Shown here piece after piece: positions 1 to 7,993 of a stretch of DNA of 32,000 nucleotides. Below the pieces are notes generated by a model. That model ran no database searches. It was not told the DNA's origin and worked only from the letters and a program-made list of their open reading frames with translations. The DNA lies in contig NZ_OMOH01000008.1 in NCBI RefSeq assembly GCF_900289195.1, forward strand, positions 1 to 32,000, read 5' to 3'. Source of the stretch: Propionibacterium ruminifibrarum (GTDB taxonomy: Bacteria; Actinomycetota; Actinomycetes; Propionibacteriales; Propionibacteriaceae). Positions within the stretch are counted from its first letter, which is position 1. Every line of letters begins with the position of its first letter. The translations under genes were made by a program, and so were the position numbers.

Positions 1-220
1 TACCGGGTGGTGCCGGGGAGTGCCTTCAGGGCTCGGCTCCGGGCATCTGCGCCTCGGGGCTGCCACGCCCCGAGGCGCAGCGGGCGGGAAGGCACTCCCC
101 AGCAGCACCCGGTCGTTGCAGCACCACCCGGGCACCCCGCCTCCGGCCCAGAGGCGACCGCGCGATACTGCGGGACCACAGCAGGACTTCCACCCTGGCA
201 AGGGGGTCCGTCATGAGTGA
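1..220 (+). CDS. possible 3' end of respiratory nitrate reductase beta subunit (narH), partial; frame not resolved
   Basis: Context only. narJ and narI follow immediately, and narGHJI order is conserved. Two + frames are open from the window edge and stop at 214-216 (ATGA overlap with the narJ ATG at 213) or 218-220. The translated tails are low-complexity and I recognise no NarH motif. Hand-counted phase GC is nearly flat (about 76/77/70%). Confidence 0.3.
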   Translation, partial: TGWCRGVPSGLGSGHLRLGAATPRGAAGGKALPSSTRSLQHHPGTPPPAQRRPRDTAGPQQDFHPGKGVRHE

Positions 221-974
221 GGTCTTCGTGGGGGCGCCGCGCATGCCCGTCAGGCGGCAGGTGCCCACCGGCCGCGCCCAGCGGCAGACCGTCGAGATGG
301 CCTGCTCGCTGCTGCTGGACTACCCGTCCGACGAGCTCGCTGTCCAGATCGGTGCGGTCCGCGCCGAGCTGGACGGGCTGCCCGCGCCGGTCGCCGGGCA
401 CCTCGAGGCCTTCTGCGCCCGCGCCGAGGCGCTCGGGCTGCGGGCCCTGCGCGAGCACTACGTCGAGACCTTCGACCAGCGCCGCCGATGCGCGCTGTAC
501 CTGAGCTACTACGCCGAGGGCGACACCCGCGGGCGGGGCCAGGCCATCTTGGCCTTCCGCGAGATCATGCGGGCCGCCGGCTTCGAGCAGCAGCGCGAGG
601 AGCTGACCGACTACCTGCCGGTCGTCCTCGAGTTCGCCGCTCTCGACGAGCAGGGCATGGGCGAGGAGCTGCTCCAGACCCACCGCGAGGGCCTGGAGGT
701 CATCCGGGCCGCCCTGGTCGACGCCGGATCGCCCTACGCCGAACTGCTGGAGGCGCTCGTGGCGACCCTGCCCGAGCCCGACGCCGCGACCACCGCCGCG
801 TACCACAAACTGATCAGTCAGGGCCCGCCGACCGAGCTCGTGGGCCTGTCCGCGGGTCCGCCGGGCGGCATCGCCGCCCCGCCCGGGCCCCGACCCGACC
901 CGCTCGCCGCGCCTCCGGCCACCGGTGCGGGCGGCGTCCCGTCCGAGTCAGCGACGTTCCCGAAGGAGGGCTAA
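213..974 (+). CDS. narJ: nitrate reductase molybdenum cofactor assembly chaperone NarJ (delta subunit)
   Basis: The translation (SLLLDYPSDEL...HYVETFDQRRRCALYLSYYAEGDTRGRGQAILAFREIM...LTDYLPVVLEFAA) matches the NarJ/TorD-type chaperone pattern. It sits directly upstream of narI. Alternative starts exist at 243 or 297. The C-terminal ~50 aa are Pro/Ala/Gly-rich low complexity. Confidence 0.85.
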   Translation: MSEVFVGAPRMPVRRQVPTGRAQRQTVEMACSLLLDYPSDELAVQIGAVRAELDGLPAPVAGHLEAFCARAEALGLRALREHYVETFDQRRRCALYLSYYAEGDTRGRGQAILAFREIMRAAGFEQQREELTDYLPVVLEFAALDEQGMGEELLQTHREGLEVIRAALVDAGSPYAELLEALVATLPEPDAATTAAYHKLISQGPPTELVGLSAGPPGGIAAPPGPRPDPLAAPPATGAGGVPSESATFPKEG

Positions 975-978
975 CACC

Positions 979-1746
979 ATGTCCGCCGCCTCGATCCTGG
1001 CCTGGGTCGTTCTGCCGTATCTGTCGATCATCCTGCTCGTCGTGGGGCTCGTCTGGCGTTTCCGCACCGACCAGTTCGGGTGGACGAGCAAGTCGAGCCA
1101 GTGGCAGGAGAGCGCGATCCTGCGCTGGAGCTCACCGCTGTTCCACCTGGGCATCCTGTTCGTCGCCCTCGGTCACGTCATGGGCCTGGTGGTCCCCCAG
1201 AGCCTGACCGATGCGCTGGGCGTATCGCACCACCTCTACCACCTCGTCGCGACGATCCCCGGCTCCATCGCCGGCGCCGCCACCGTCGTCGGCCTGTGCG
1301 GGCTGCTGTACCGCCGCATCGTCGTGAAGTCGGTACGCCTCAACACCTCGAGGGTCGACATCCTCACCTACGTGCTGCTGACTATCCCGATCGTGCTGGG
1401 CGCCGCGGCCACCTTCAGCACCCAGGTCTTCGGGGCTCCCGGCGGCTACAACTACCGGGAGACGATCTCGGTCTGGTTCCGTTCCATCCCGATGCTGCAC
1501 CCGCAGCCCGAGCTCATGGCCGACGTGCCGATGGTCTTCAAGCTGCACGTCATCGCCGGCATGCTGCTGTTCTGCATCTGGCCGTTCACCAAGCTCGTCC
1601 ACGTCGTCTCGGCGCCGGTCGGCTACGTGACACGCCCGAACGTCGTCTACCGATCCCGCGAGGGCGGCCGGGTCGCCTCGTCCCCGGCGGCACGCGGGTG
1701 GGACCGTCCCTTCGAGAGGACCGGCACCGGCAGGAAGGGGCGCTGA
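979..1746 (+). CDS. narI: respiratory nitrate reductase gamma subunit NarI (membrane di-heme cytochrome b)
   Basis: ATG at 979 is preceded by GAAGGAGG (963-970). The N-terminus ILAWVVLPYLSIILLVVGLVWRFRTDQFGWTSKSSQ and later FHLGILFVALGHVMG, FKLHVIAGMLLFCIWPFTKLVHV are typical NarI helices with conserved His ligands. The ORF-track start at 925 is an upstream in-frame extension overlapping narJ. Confidence 0.9.
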   Translation: MSAASILAWVVLPYLSIILLVVGLVWRFRTDQFGWTSKSSQWQESAILRWSSPLFHLGILFVALGHVMGLVVPQSLTDALGVSHHLYHLVATIPGSIAGAATVVGLCGLLYRRIVVKSVRLNTSRVDILTYVLLTIPIVLGAAATFSTQVFGAPGGYNYRETISVWFRSIPMLHPQPELMADVPMVFKLHVIAGMLLFCIWPFTKLVHVVSAPVGYVTRPNVVYRSREGGRVASSPAARGWDRPFERTGTGRKGR

Positions 1747-1766
1747 ACCAGCCGTCCGGTAGCGGT

Positions 1767-1802
1767 CGGGCCGTGCGCGTGGTACATGTCATTCACGGCC
1801 CG
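1767..1802. terminator. perfect 9-bp inverted repeat (CGGGCCGTG ... CACGGCCCG) with an 18-nt loop just after narI
   Basis: Read directly from the sequence, 21 nt after the narI stop. No T-tract follows. It could be an operon terminator or a regulator site in the promoter of the next gene. Confidence 0.4.
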
Positions 1803-1859
1803 CTCTTACCGCCCCAATCTAGAATCGGAGCAGCCGACAGCAACGAAGGGCCCCAATCC

Positions 1860-2714
1860 ATGGCTACTGACTATCGCGCCCCCGAGGACTGCGCGTGCGG
1901 TCATGACGAACACCAGCACGAATCGAGCATGCCCGATCTGAGCAGGACCCTCAGGATGATGGCCCAGCTGACCTCCGCCCAGCAGACCCTGCTGCGCCGC
2001 ATCGCCTCCCACGCCGAACCCGTCACCGTCACCCAGCTGGCGAACGAGTCGAGGCTGCACCCGAACTCCGTGCGCGAGACACTCGACGCGCTCGTCCACC
2101 TCGGCCTGGTCACCTGCGAGCAGATGCCGATCAAGGGGCGGGGCCGCCCGGCCCTGGGCTACCAGAGCTACACCCCGGCCGACCCGGCCTTCCCCGCCCG
2201 GATGCTCGCCCAGGTCAGCCATTCGATGTTCACCTGGCTCACCGACCATGTGGACGACCCCCGCCAGGCGGCCCACGAGATGGGCCGCTACTGGGCCGAC
2301 GACGCACTGGCCATGATGCACGTGCCCGACCACTCGCGCATGCGGCCCCCCAAGGACTTCACCCTGTCGGGGCACCTCAACAAGATGCGGCTGTTCCTCA
2401 CCTCGCTCGGCTTCGCGGCCCAGCCGCACCCGCGGATCGACACCGGGCTGGTGCTCCTCGGCTGCCCATTCGGCTGCACCGACGAGTCGTGCCCGGACTC
2501 GCTCGCCCTCGAGATGCGCACCGGCATGGTCGAGCGGATCATCGAACGCACCGCGGGCGCCATGGCGGACGCCCAGATCATGGTCGACGTCAACCATCCG
2601 CTGCGCTGCGAGATCATCTTCACCGTCAAGGGCGAACTGGCCCGGAACGAACAACAGGCCACCGACGACGCAAAGGACGCAAAGGAACCGTCCACGAGGG
2701 CCGAGGCCTCATGA
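1860..2714 (+). CDS. winged-helix (ArsR/MarR-like) transcriptional regulator with Cys/His-rich N-terminus and C-terminal CPF-Cys motif
   Basis: ATG at 1860 lies inside the long 1080..2714 ORF. The HTH-like segment is LLRRIASHAEPVTVTQLANESRLHPNSVRETLDALVHLGLV. The N-terminus carries CACGHDEHQHE. The C-terminal part has LLGCPFGCTDESCPD, reminiscent of ArsR-like actinobacterial regulators with an xCPF motif. Family assignment is by eye only. Confidence 0.7.
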   Translation: MATDYRAPEDCACGHDEHQHESSMPDLSRTLRMMAQLTSAQQTLLRRIASHAEPVTVTQLANESRLHPNSVRETLDALVHLGLVTCEQMPIKGRGRPALGYQSYTPADPAFPARMLAQVSHSMFTWLTDHVDDPRQAAHEMGRYWADDALAMMHVPDHSRMRPPKDFTLSGHLNKMRLFLTSLGFAAQPHPRIDTGLVLLGCPFGCTDESCPDSLALEMRTGMVERIIERTAGAMADAQIMVDVNHPLRCEIIFTVKGELARNEQQATDDAKDAKEPSTRAEAS

Positions 2715-2751
2715 CCTTGGCCGGGGCGGGGACAGTGCAGGAAGAGGACCG

Positions 2752-2988
2752 ATGATCACGGTACGTTACTTCGGCGGCGCGGCTGAGGCGGCCGGCGCCG
2801 AGACCGAGCAGTGCCCCCAGGTGCCCCGTCTCGACGAGCTGACCGGCGCCTTGGCCGACGCACACCCCGCCCTGGGCGCCGTGCTTGCCGTGTGCAGTTT
2901 CATGGTGAACGAACAGTCCGCCACGTCCGACGCGCCACTGCCCGAGGACGCGCTCGTCGACGTCCTGCCGCCCTTCGCCGGCGGATGA
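2752..2988 (+). CDS. moaD: molybdopterin synthase sulfur-carrier subunit MoaD
   Basis: 78 aa, begins MITVRYFGGAAEAAG and ends in the diagnostic C-terminal Gly-Gly (PPFAGG). Located directly upstream of moaE. Confidence 0.85.
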   Translation: MITVRYFGGAAEAAGAETEQCPQVPRLDELTGALADAHPALGAVLAVCSFMVNEQSATSDAPLPEDALVDVLPPFAGG

Positions 2989-3063
2989 GGCCGGCAAGCA
3001 CCACGCATCATTTCAACCCGTCCACGTACCCGGCCCGCAGGCCCGGGTGCCCGAAGGCATGAC

Positions 3064-3483
3064 ATGAGTTCTGTTCAGTCCGGCATCACCGCCGAGGTAC
3101 TCGACCCGGCCGCGCTGTGCGCGCGGGTCGGCGACGACAGGGCCGGGGCGGTCGCGAGTTTCGTCGGCGTCGTCCGCAACCACGACGCGGGAAGCCCCGT
3201 GACGGCCATCGACTACTCGGCCCACCCGGCGGCAGGCCGGATCCTCGACGGCATCTGTCGGCGCATCGGCGAACGCGAGGGCGTCCACGCGGTCGCGGCC
3301 TGGCACCGCACCGGCAGGCTCGTCGTCGGCGACGCCGCGCTGGTCGTGGCCGTCGCGGCCGAGCATCGCGGGCAGGCCTTCACGGCCGCCGGCGACCTGG
3401 TCGACCTCGTCAAGGCCGAGCTGCCGGCCTGGAAGTGCCAGTGGCTGCCCGACGGCTCTCACGTCTGGTCCGGCATCGCATGA
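3064..3483 (+). CDS. moaE: molybdopterin synthase catalytic subunit MoaE
   Basis: 139 aa. The motifs GAVASFVGVVRNHD...V..IDYSAHP....IL..I...........V.A.HRTGRL.VGD..LVVAV.AEHRG.AF.A...LVD.VK...P.WK fit the MoaE family pattern. The stop overlaps the next start (ATGA at 3480-3483). Confidence 0.9.
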   Translation: MSSVQSGITAEVLDPAALCARVGDDRAGAVASFVGVVRNHDAGSPVTAIDYSAHPAAGRILDGICRRIGEREGVHAVAAWHRTGRLVVGDAALVVAVAAEHRGQAFTAAGDLVDLVKAELPAWKCQWLPDGSHVWSGIA

Positions 3484-4247
3484 GCGCACGCGTCGAGCTG
3501 CACAACCCGGTCGAGCCGCTCGACGACGCCGCGCTGGCCCGGCACCGCCGCACCTGGCTCGTGCAGGGCATCGGCGAGCGGGGGCAGGCCCGGCTGGCGG
3601 CGGCGCGCGTGCTCGTCATCGGCGCCGGCGGCCTGGGATCCCCCGTGCTGGCCTACCTTGCCGCGGCGGGCGTCGGGACGCTCGGCGTGTGCGACTCCGA
3701 CGTCGTCGAGCTCTCCAACCTGCAACGCCAGCTGCTGCACCGCGAGGCCGACGTCGGCGTCCCCAAGCCCGCCAGTGCCGCGGCCCGGCTGGGCGAGCTC
3801 AACTCCGCGGTGCGTGTCGAGCAGTACCCGCATGCGACGAGGGGTTTCCTCGACGAGCACGGCGCCGACTGGGACGTCGTCGTGGACTGCACCGACAGCT
3901 TCACCGCCAAGTACCTGGTGGCCGACTGGGCGGCCGAGGCCGGGACCCCGCTCGTCTGGGGCACCGTGGTGGGAACGTCCTTCCAGCTGGCGGTGTTCTG
4001 GTCCAGGCCGCCGGCCGGTCTGCCGGCGACGAGCCTGCGCAGCCTGCACCCGGTGATGCCCGAACCGGGCACAACACCGACGAGCAGCAGGGTGGGTGTG
4101 CTGGGACCGGTCGTCGGACAGGCCGGCACGGCGATGGCCACCGAGGTCATCAAGCTGATCACGGGCACCGGCAGCCCGCTCATCGGGCAGGTGCTCGTCG
4201 GCGACGCAGCGCAGAATCGTTACCAGACGCTTCGTTTCGCGCGCTGA
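3480..4247 (+). CDS. moeB: ThiF/MoeB-family E1-like adenylyltransferase (MoaD-activating), no rhodanese domain
   Basis: ATG at 3480 overlaps the moaE stop. It has the Rossmann/ATP motif VLVIGAGGLGSPVLAYLAAAGVG.L...D.D.VELSNLQRQ and the later GVLGPVVGQAGTAMATEVIKLITG. The ORF-track start at 3117 is an out-of-context upstream extension. Confidence 0.85.
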   Translation: MSARVELHNPVEPLDDAALARHRRTWLVQGIGERGQARLAAARVLVIGAGGLGSPVLAYLAAAGVGTLGVCDSDVVELSNLQRQLLHREADVGVPKPASAAARLGELNSAVRVEQYPHATRGFLDEHGADWDVVVDCTDSFTAKYLVADWAAEAGTPLVWGTVVGTSFQLAVFWSRPPAGLPATSLRSLHPVMPEPGTTPTSSRVGVLGPVVGQAGTAMATEVIKLITGTGSPLIGQVLVGDAAQNRYQTLRFAR

Positions 4248-4281
4248 CGGCACGGACGGACGGATCCACGGAAGGCAGACC

Positions 4282-5532
4282 ATGAGCGAGCCGCTGAGCA
4301 TCGACGAGCACCGGGCACTCATCGAGGCACGGATACCGGCGCCGGCCACATCCACCCGGCCCCTCGACGAGTGCCTGGGGCTGGTCCTGGCCGAAGATGT
4401 GGCCGCGCGCCTGCCCGTGCCGCCGTTCACGAACTCCGCGATGGACGGCTTCGCGGTGCGCCACGCCGACGTCGCCGGCGCCTGCGCGGAGCGCCCGGTG
4501 CGGCTGCCCGTCATCGCCGACGTGCCCGCCGGCGACCCGGCCGCGACGCCGCTGCGGGCCGGTACCGCCGAGCGCATCATGACCGGCGCGCCGATGCCAC
4601 CCGGGGCCGACACCGTCGTCCGCGTCGAGGACACGGACCACCGCGTCGGCACCACCCGGGCACCGGCCGCGGTCACGGTCCATGCCGCCCCGGCACCGGG
4701 CGCGAACGTGCGGCACGCCGGTGAGGACGTCGGGGTCGGCGACCCGGTGCTGAGCGCCGGCGCCGTGCTCGACGCGGCGGGTCTCGCCGCCGCGGCCTCG
4801 GTCGGCCACGCCGCGCTACCGGTGCACCCGCGCCCCCGGGTCGGCGTGCTGGCCACCGGTTCGGAGCTGAGGGGGGCCGGTGAGCCGCTCGGCCCTGGCC
4901 AGATCCCCGACTCGAACTCGCTCCTGCTGGCCGGCCTGGTCCGCGAGGCCGGCGGCGACCCCGTCGTGACCGCCCGGGTGCCCGACGACCCGGACGGGCT
5001 GGCCGGCCTGCTCGCCGGCTGGCCGCCCCTCGACCTGGTCGTCACCGCCGGCGGGATCTCCGAGGGCGCCTACGAAGTGGTGCGCCAGGCGCTCACCGGC
5101 GCCGACGCCCGCTTCCACCACGTCGCCCAGCAGCCGGGCGGCCCGCAGGGCATCGCCACGGCGCACGTGGGCGGCCGGCCCACCCCGGTGCTGTGCCTGC
5201 CGGGCAACCCGGTGAGCGTCTGGGTCAGTTTCCACGTCTACGCCGCCGGTGTGCTGCGGGTGCTCGCCGGGCGCGCCGGCACGACCGCCCCGGCGACCAG
5301 CCGCGTCGTGGCCGACGCGCCGTGGCCGGGGCCGGCGCGGAAGGTGCAGTTCATCCCGGTCGTCCGCACCGGCGACCTGGTCCGCCCGGTGCACCCGCTC
5401 GGCTCCAAATCGCACCTGGTGGCGTCCCTGCCCCGCGCGGACGGGCTCGCCGTCGTCCCCATCGGTGTCGGCGAGGTGGGCCGCGGCATGGAGCTTGACT
5501 TCATCGCCGCCCTGGCGCATGGTGACCGCTGA
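4282..5532 (+). CDS. moeA: molybdopterin molybdenumtransferase MoeA
   Basis: 416 aa with LPVPPFTNSAMDGFAV, RIMTGAPMPPGADTVVRVED, IPDSNS, VVTAGGISEGAYEVV and LPGNPVS, all classic MoeA/gephyrin-E motifs. Confidence 0.92.
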   Translation: MSEPLSIDEHRALIEARIPAPATSTRPLDECLGLVLAEDVAARLPVPPFTNSAMDGFAVRHADVAGACAERPVRLPVIADVPAGDPAATPLRAGTAERIMTGAPMPPGADTVVRVEDTDHRVGTTRAPAAVTVHAAPAPGANVRHAGEDVGVGDPVLSAGAVLDAAGLAAAASVGHAALPVHPRPRVGVLATGSELRGAGEPLGPGQIPDSNSLLLAGLVREAGGDPVVTARVPDDPDGLAGLLAGWPPLDLVVTAGGISEGAYEVVRQALTGADARFHHVAQQPGGPQGIATAHVGGRPTPVLCLPGNPVSVWVSFHVYAAGVLRVLAGRAGTTAPATSRVVADAPWPGPARKVQFIPVVRTGDLVRPVHPLGSKSHLVASLPRADGLAVVPIGVGEVGRGMELDFIAALAHGDR

Positions 5533-5570
5533 CCGGCGGTTCCACCCGGCCGGCGGAGCGGGAGGCAGGC

Positions 5571-6062
5571 ATGAGTGACGAACCGGTGCGGCTGCCGCAC
5601 CTGCGCGGTGACGGCACCGCCTTCATGGTCGACGTGACCGGCAAGACGCCGAGTGTGCGCGAGGCCACGGCCGTCGCCGAGGTCGGCTGCTCGGAGCGGG
5701 TCATGGCGGCGCTGCGCGAGGGCACCGTGCCGAAGGGCGACGTGCTGGCCGTGGCACGGGTCGCAGGGATCATGGCGGCCAAGCGCACGCCCGACCTGCT
5801 GCCGCTGGCGCACCGCATCGGGGTGCACGGCTGCGAGCTCGACCTGTCCCTGGCCGACGACCACGTCGCCCTCAGCGCAACGGTCCGCACCGCCGACCGC
5901 ACCGGCGTCGAGATGGAGGCGCTGACCGCCGTGACGGTGGCCGCGCTGGCCGTCGTCGACATGGTCAAGGGCGTCGACCGTTCGGCCGTCATCCGCCGGG
6001 CGCGGATCACCCACAAGTCCGGCGGGCGTTCCGGCGACTGGACCCGCCCCGCCGAGACCTGA
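5571..6062 (+). CDS. moaC: cyclic pyranopterin monophosphate synthase MoaC
   Basis: 163 aa with LPHLRGDGTAFMVDVT.K, KGDVLAVARVAGIMAAKRT.DL.PLAH, DRTGVEMEALTAV.VAAL...DM.K. RBS GGGAGG is upstream. Confidence 0.92.
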   Translation: MSDEPVRLPHLRGDGTAFMVDVTGKTPSVREATAVAEVGCSERVMAALREGTVPKGDVLAVARVAGIMAAKRTPDLLPLAHRIGVHGCELDLSLADDHVALSATVRTADRTGVEMEALTAVTVAALAVVDMVKGVDRSAVIRRARITHKSGGRSGDWTRPAET

Positions 6063-6173
6063 CCGCTCCCGCCCGTTCCCTACCGGGGTGACCCCCACCG
6101 GCCCCTGACGGATGCGGGAGCAGCGGCCGCCGGAGGGTTTCGCCGTGCGATGGTGGTGGCCGGGAGGTTCGTT

Positions 6174-6809
6174 ATGGGTTATGGCACGGTGGTCTTCATC
6201 GCGGTCATCGCGATCCTCCTCGGCTGGGCCCTGAGCGCGGCGGCCAAGGACCGACGCGACGAGAAGGCCGCGCAGGCCGCCGACGAGACCGGCCTGCGGT
6301 TCATCGGCGACGACCCGGAGCTCGGCGCCACGGTGGCAGAGCTGATCGGCATCTGGGAGCGGGCCAACGCCGAGCAGGTCGTCGCCCTCAGCGGCGTCCG
6401 CTACGGGAACCTGACCTGGACGACCAGCGAGCGCTCCGGGGACCAGCATTACGTCCACAACCACGTCAAGAGCTTCATGGTCCATCCGGTGCTGGCCAGT
6501 TTCCCCGCGACACGCATCCGCCGCGAGGGGCTGCTGAGCCTGCCGTTCAATGACATCAACACCGAGGACGAGGCCTTCAACCGCGAGTGGGACGTCACGG
6601 GCGACGACGAGACGTTCGCCCTGGCCCTGCTCACCCCGCAGGTGCGGGCCTGGGTCACCGCGATGCCCTTCAACCAGCTGTACCTGACGACGTCCGGGCA
6701 GGTCGTCGGCTACGACGCCGGCCGCTACGACGCCCACCGCTTCGGCGCGCTGCGCGACGCGCTGGAGGAGTTCATCTCACTCATCCCCGCCGAGCTGCTG
6801 CACCGTTGA
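6174..6809 (+). CDS. conserved hypothetical protein with an N-terminal transmembrane anchor
   Basis: ATG at 6174 follows GGGAGG (6162-6167). It has one hydrophobic helix (GTVVFIAVIAILLGWALSAA) and then a soluble domain. The segment EDEAFNREWDVTGDDETFALALLTPQVRAWV resembles a recurring uncharacterised actinobacterial family. No function assigned. Confidence 0.6.
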   Translation: MGYGTVVFIAVIAILLGWALSAAAKDRRDEKAAQAADETGLRFIGDDPELGATVAELIGIWERANAEQVVALSGVRYGNLTWTTSERSGDQHYVHNHVKSFMVHPVLASFPATRIRREGLLSLPFNDINTEDEAFNREWDVTGDDETFALALLTPQVRAWVTAMPFNQLYLTTSGQVVGYDAGRYDAHRFGALRDALEEFISLIPAELLHR

Positions 6810-6829
6810 GCAGCACCCGCCCCACGGTT

Positions 6830-6873
6830 CCGCCGCGGGATGCCCGACGCACCGCGGGTCGGGGCCGCGGCGG
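6830..6873. terminator. nested GC-rich hairpin between convergent genes
   Basis: Outer arms are CCGCCGCGG (6830-6838) and CCGCGGCGG (6865-6873). Inner arms are CCCGAC / GTCGGG. It abuts the mog stop codon (6874-6876). No U-tract follows, as is common in high-GC actinobacteria. Confidence 0.45.
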
Positions 6874-7407
6874 TCAGCGGGCGGGGTGGTCGCCGCCGCC
6901 GAGCTGGTCGAGGACGTGCCCGACCAGGGGCGCGAGGACGGCGACGGCGTCACGCACCCCGCCGGGCGAGCCGGGCGCGTTGACCACGAGCGCGGCGCCG
7001 GGGCCGCGCGAGGTGATGCCGACGAGTCCGCGGCTGAGGGCGGCGGCCGGGGCGGCTGCCTCGCCGCGGCGCCGGATGGCCTCGGCCAGCCCGTCGAGAC
7101 GGGCGGCGAGCAGGGGCTCGGTGGCCTCGGGGGTCAGGTCGCGGGGGCCGATGCCGGTGCCCCCGGTGGTCAGGACGACGCGGCAGCCGTCGTCGAGTGC
7201 CGCCGTGATGGCGGCCCGGACCGGTTCGATGCCGTCGGGCACGACGACGGCCGGGCCGGCCGCGATGCCGGCCTCGGCGAGCAGCCGGACGGCGAGGGGG
7301 CCCGACAGGTCCTCGCGTTCACCGCTCGCGCAGCGGTCGGAGACGGTGATGACCCGGGCGGCGCAACCCTCCGGCGTGGCCCGGCCGCCGGTGGAGGAGG
7401 CGATCAT
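6874..7407 (-). CDS. mog: MogA/MoaB-family molybdopterin adenylyltransferase
   Basis: The internal ATG at 7407 of the 6874..7788 ORF gives 177 aa with VVLTTGGTGIGPRDLTPEAT, LSRG, NAPGSPGGVRDAV and a C-terminal LGGGDH, matching actinobacterial Mog. The upstream ORF extension is Arg-rich shadow sequence overlapping the HIT gene. Confidence 0.88.
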   Translation of the reverse strand: MIASSTGGRATPEGCAARVITVSDRCASGEREDLSGPLAVRLLAEAGIAAGPAVVVPDGIEPVRAAITAALDDGCRVVLTTGGTGIGPRDLTPEATEPLLAARLDGLAEAIRRRGEAAAPAAALSRGLVGITSRGPGAALVVNAPGSPGGVRDAVAVLAPLVGHVLDQLGGGDHPAR

Positions 7408-7856
7408 CAGGCCAGCGCCGTCGAGCCGAGCTCGGCCGGTACGGCGGCGCCGTGGCCGAGGTCGCGCAGCGCGGCACGCACCTTCTCGGTGGCGGCGTCG
7501 AGTTCGGCGCCGGGCACCTCGCTCCTGGCGTTTGCGAAGCTCAGCTCGGACTCCCCCCAGGCGGGCAGGACGTGCAGGTGCAGGTGGGGGATCTCGAAGC
7601 CGGCGACGAGCAGGGCGGCCCGCGGGGAGTCGAAGGCCCGTTCGACGGCCTGGCCGACCGTCTTCGCCACGCGCATGAGGTGGGCCAGCAGTTCGTCGTC
7701 GGCGCTGGTGAACTTGGCCACCTCCGCGCGCGGCACGACGAGCATGTGGCCGTCGGTGATCGGGTTGATGGAGGCGAAGACGACGCACACATCGTCCGCC
7801 CAGGCGAAACGGCCGGGGATCTCGCCCTCAATGATCTTCGTGAAGACAGTGCTCAT
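7407..7856 (-). CDS. HIT (histidine triad) family nucleotide hydrolase/transferase
   Basis: Start ATG at 7856 (MSTVFTKIIEGEIPGRFAWADD...). NPITDGHMLVVPR and the histidine triad PHLHLHVLP are present. The stop TGA (7409-7407) overlaps the mog ATG (7407-7405) as TGATG. Confidence 0.88.
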   Translation of the reverse strand: MSTVFTKIIEGEIPGRFAWADDVCVVFASINPITDGHMLVVPRAEVAKFTSADDELLAHLMRVAKTVGQAVERAFDSPRAALLVAGFEIPHLHLHVLPAWGESELSFANARSEVPGAELDAATEKVRAALRDLGHGAAVPAELGSTALA

Positions 7857-7993
7857 GGCCCCATCGTGGCACGCCGGAGCCGCGCGCGGGCCGGGCGCAC
7901 CCAGACCCTTGCGCTCGGGCCCGGTCGGCGTCAGGATTGCTGGCACGGTCGGCGCATCGGCGCCACCCGCAACACCACCGCAGGAGGTCAGTC

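Noticed and set aside
3459-5045. 528-aa minus-strand ORF, plus the other long alternate-frame ORFs across the moa region and the kinase/regulator genes (for example 5238..6737, 8268..9560, 10290..11660)
   Set aside because: All are antisense or out of frame relative to genes with strong family motifs, and all have low-complexity Arg/Ala/Gly/Pro-rich translations.
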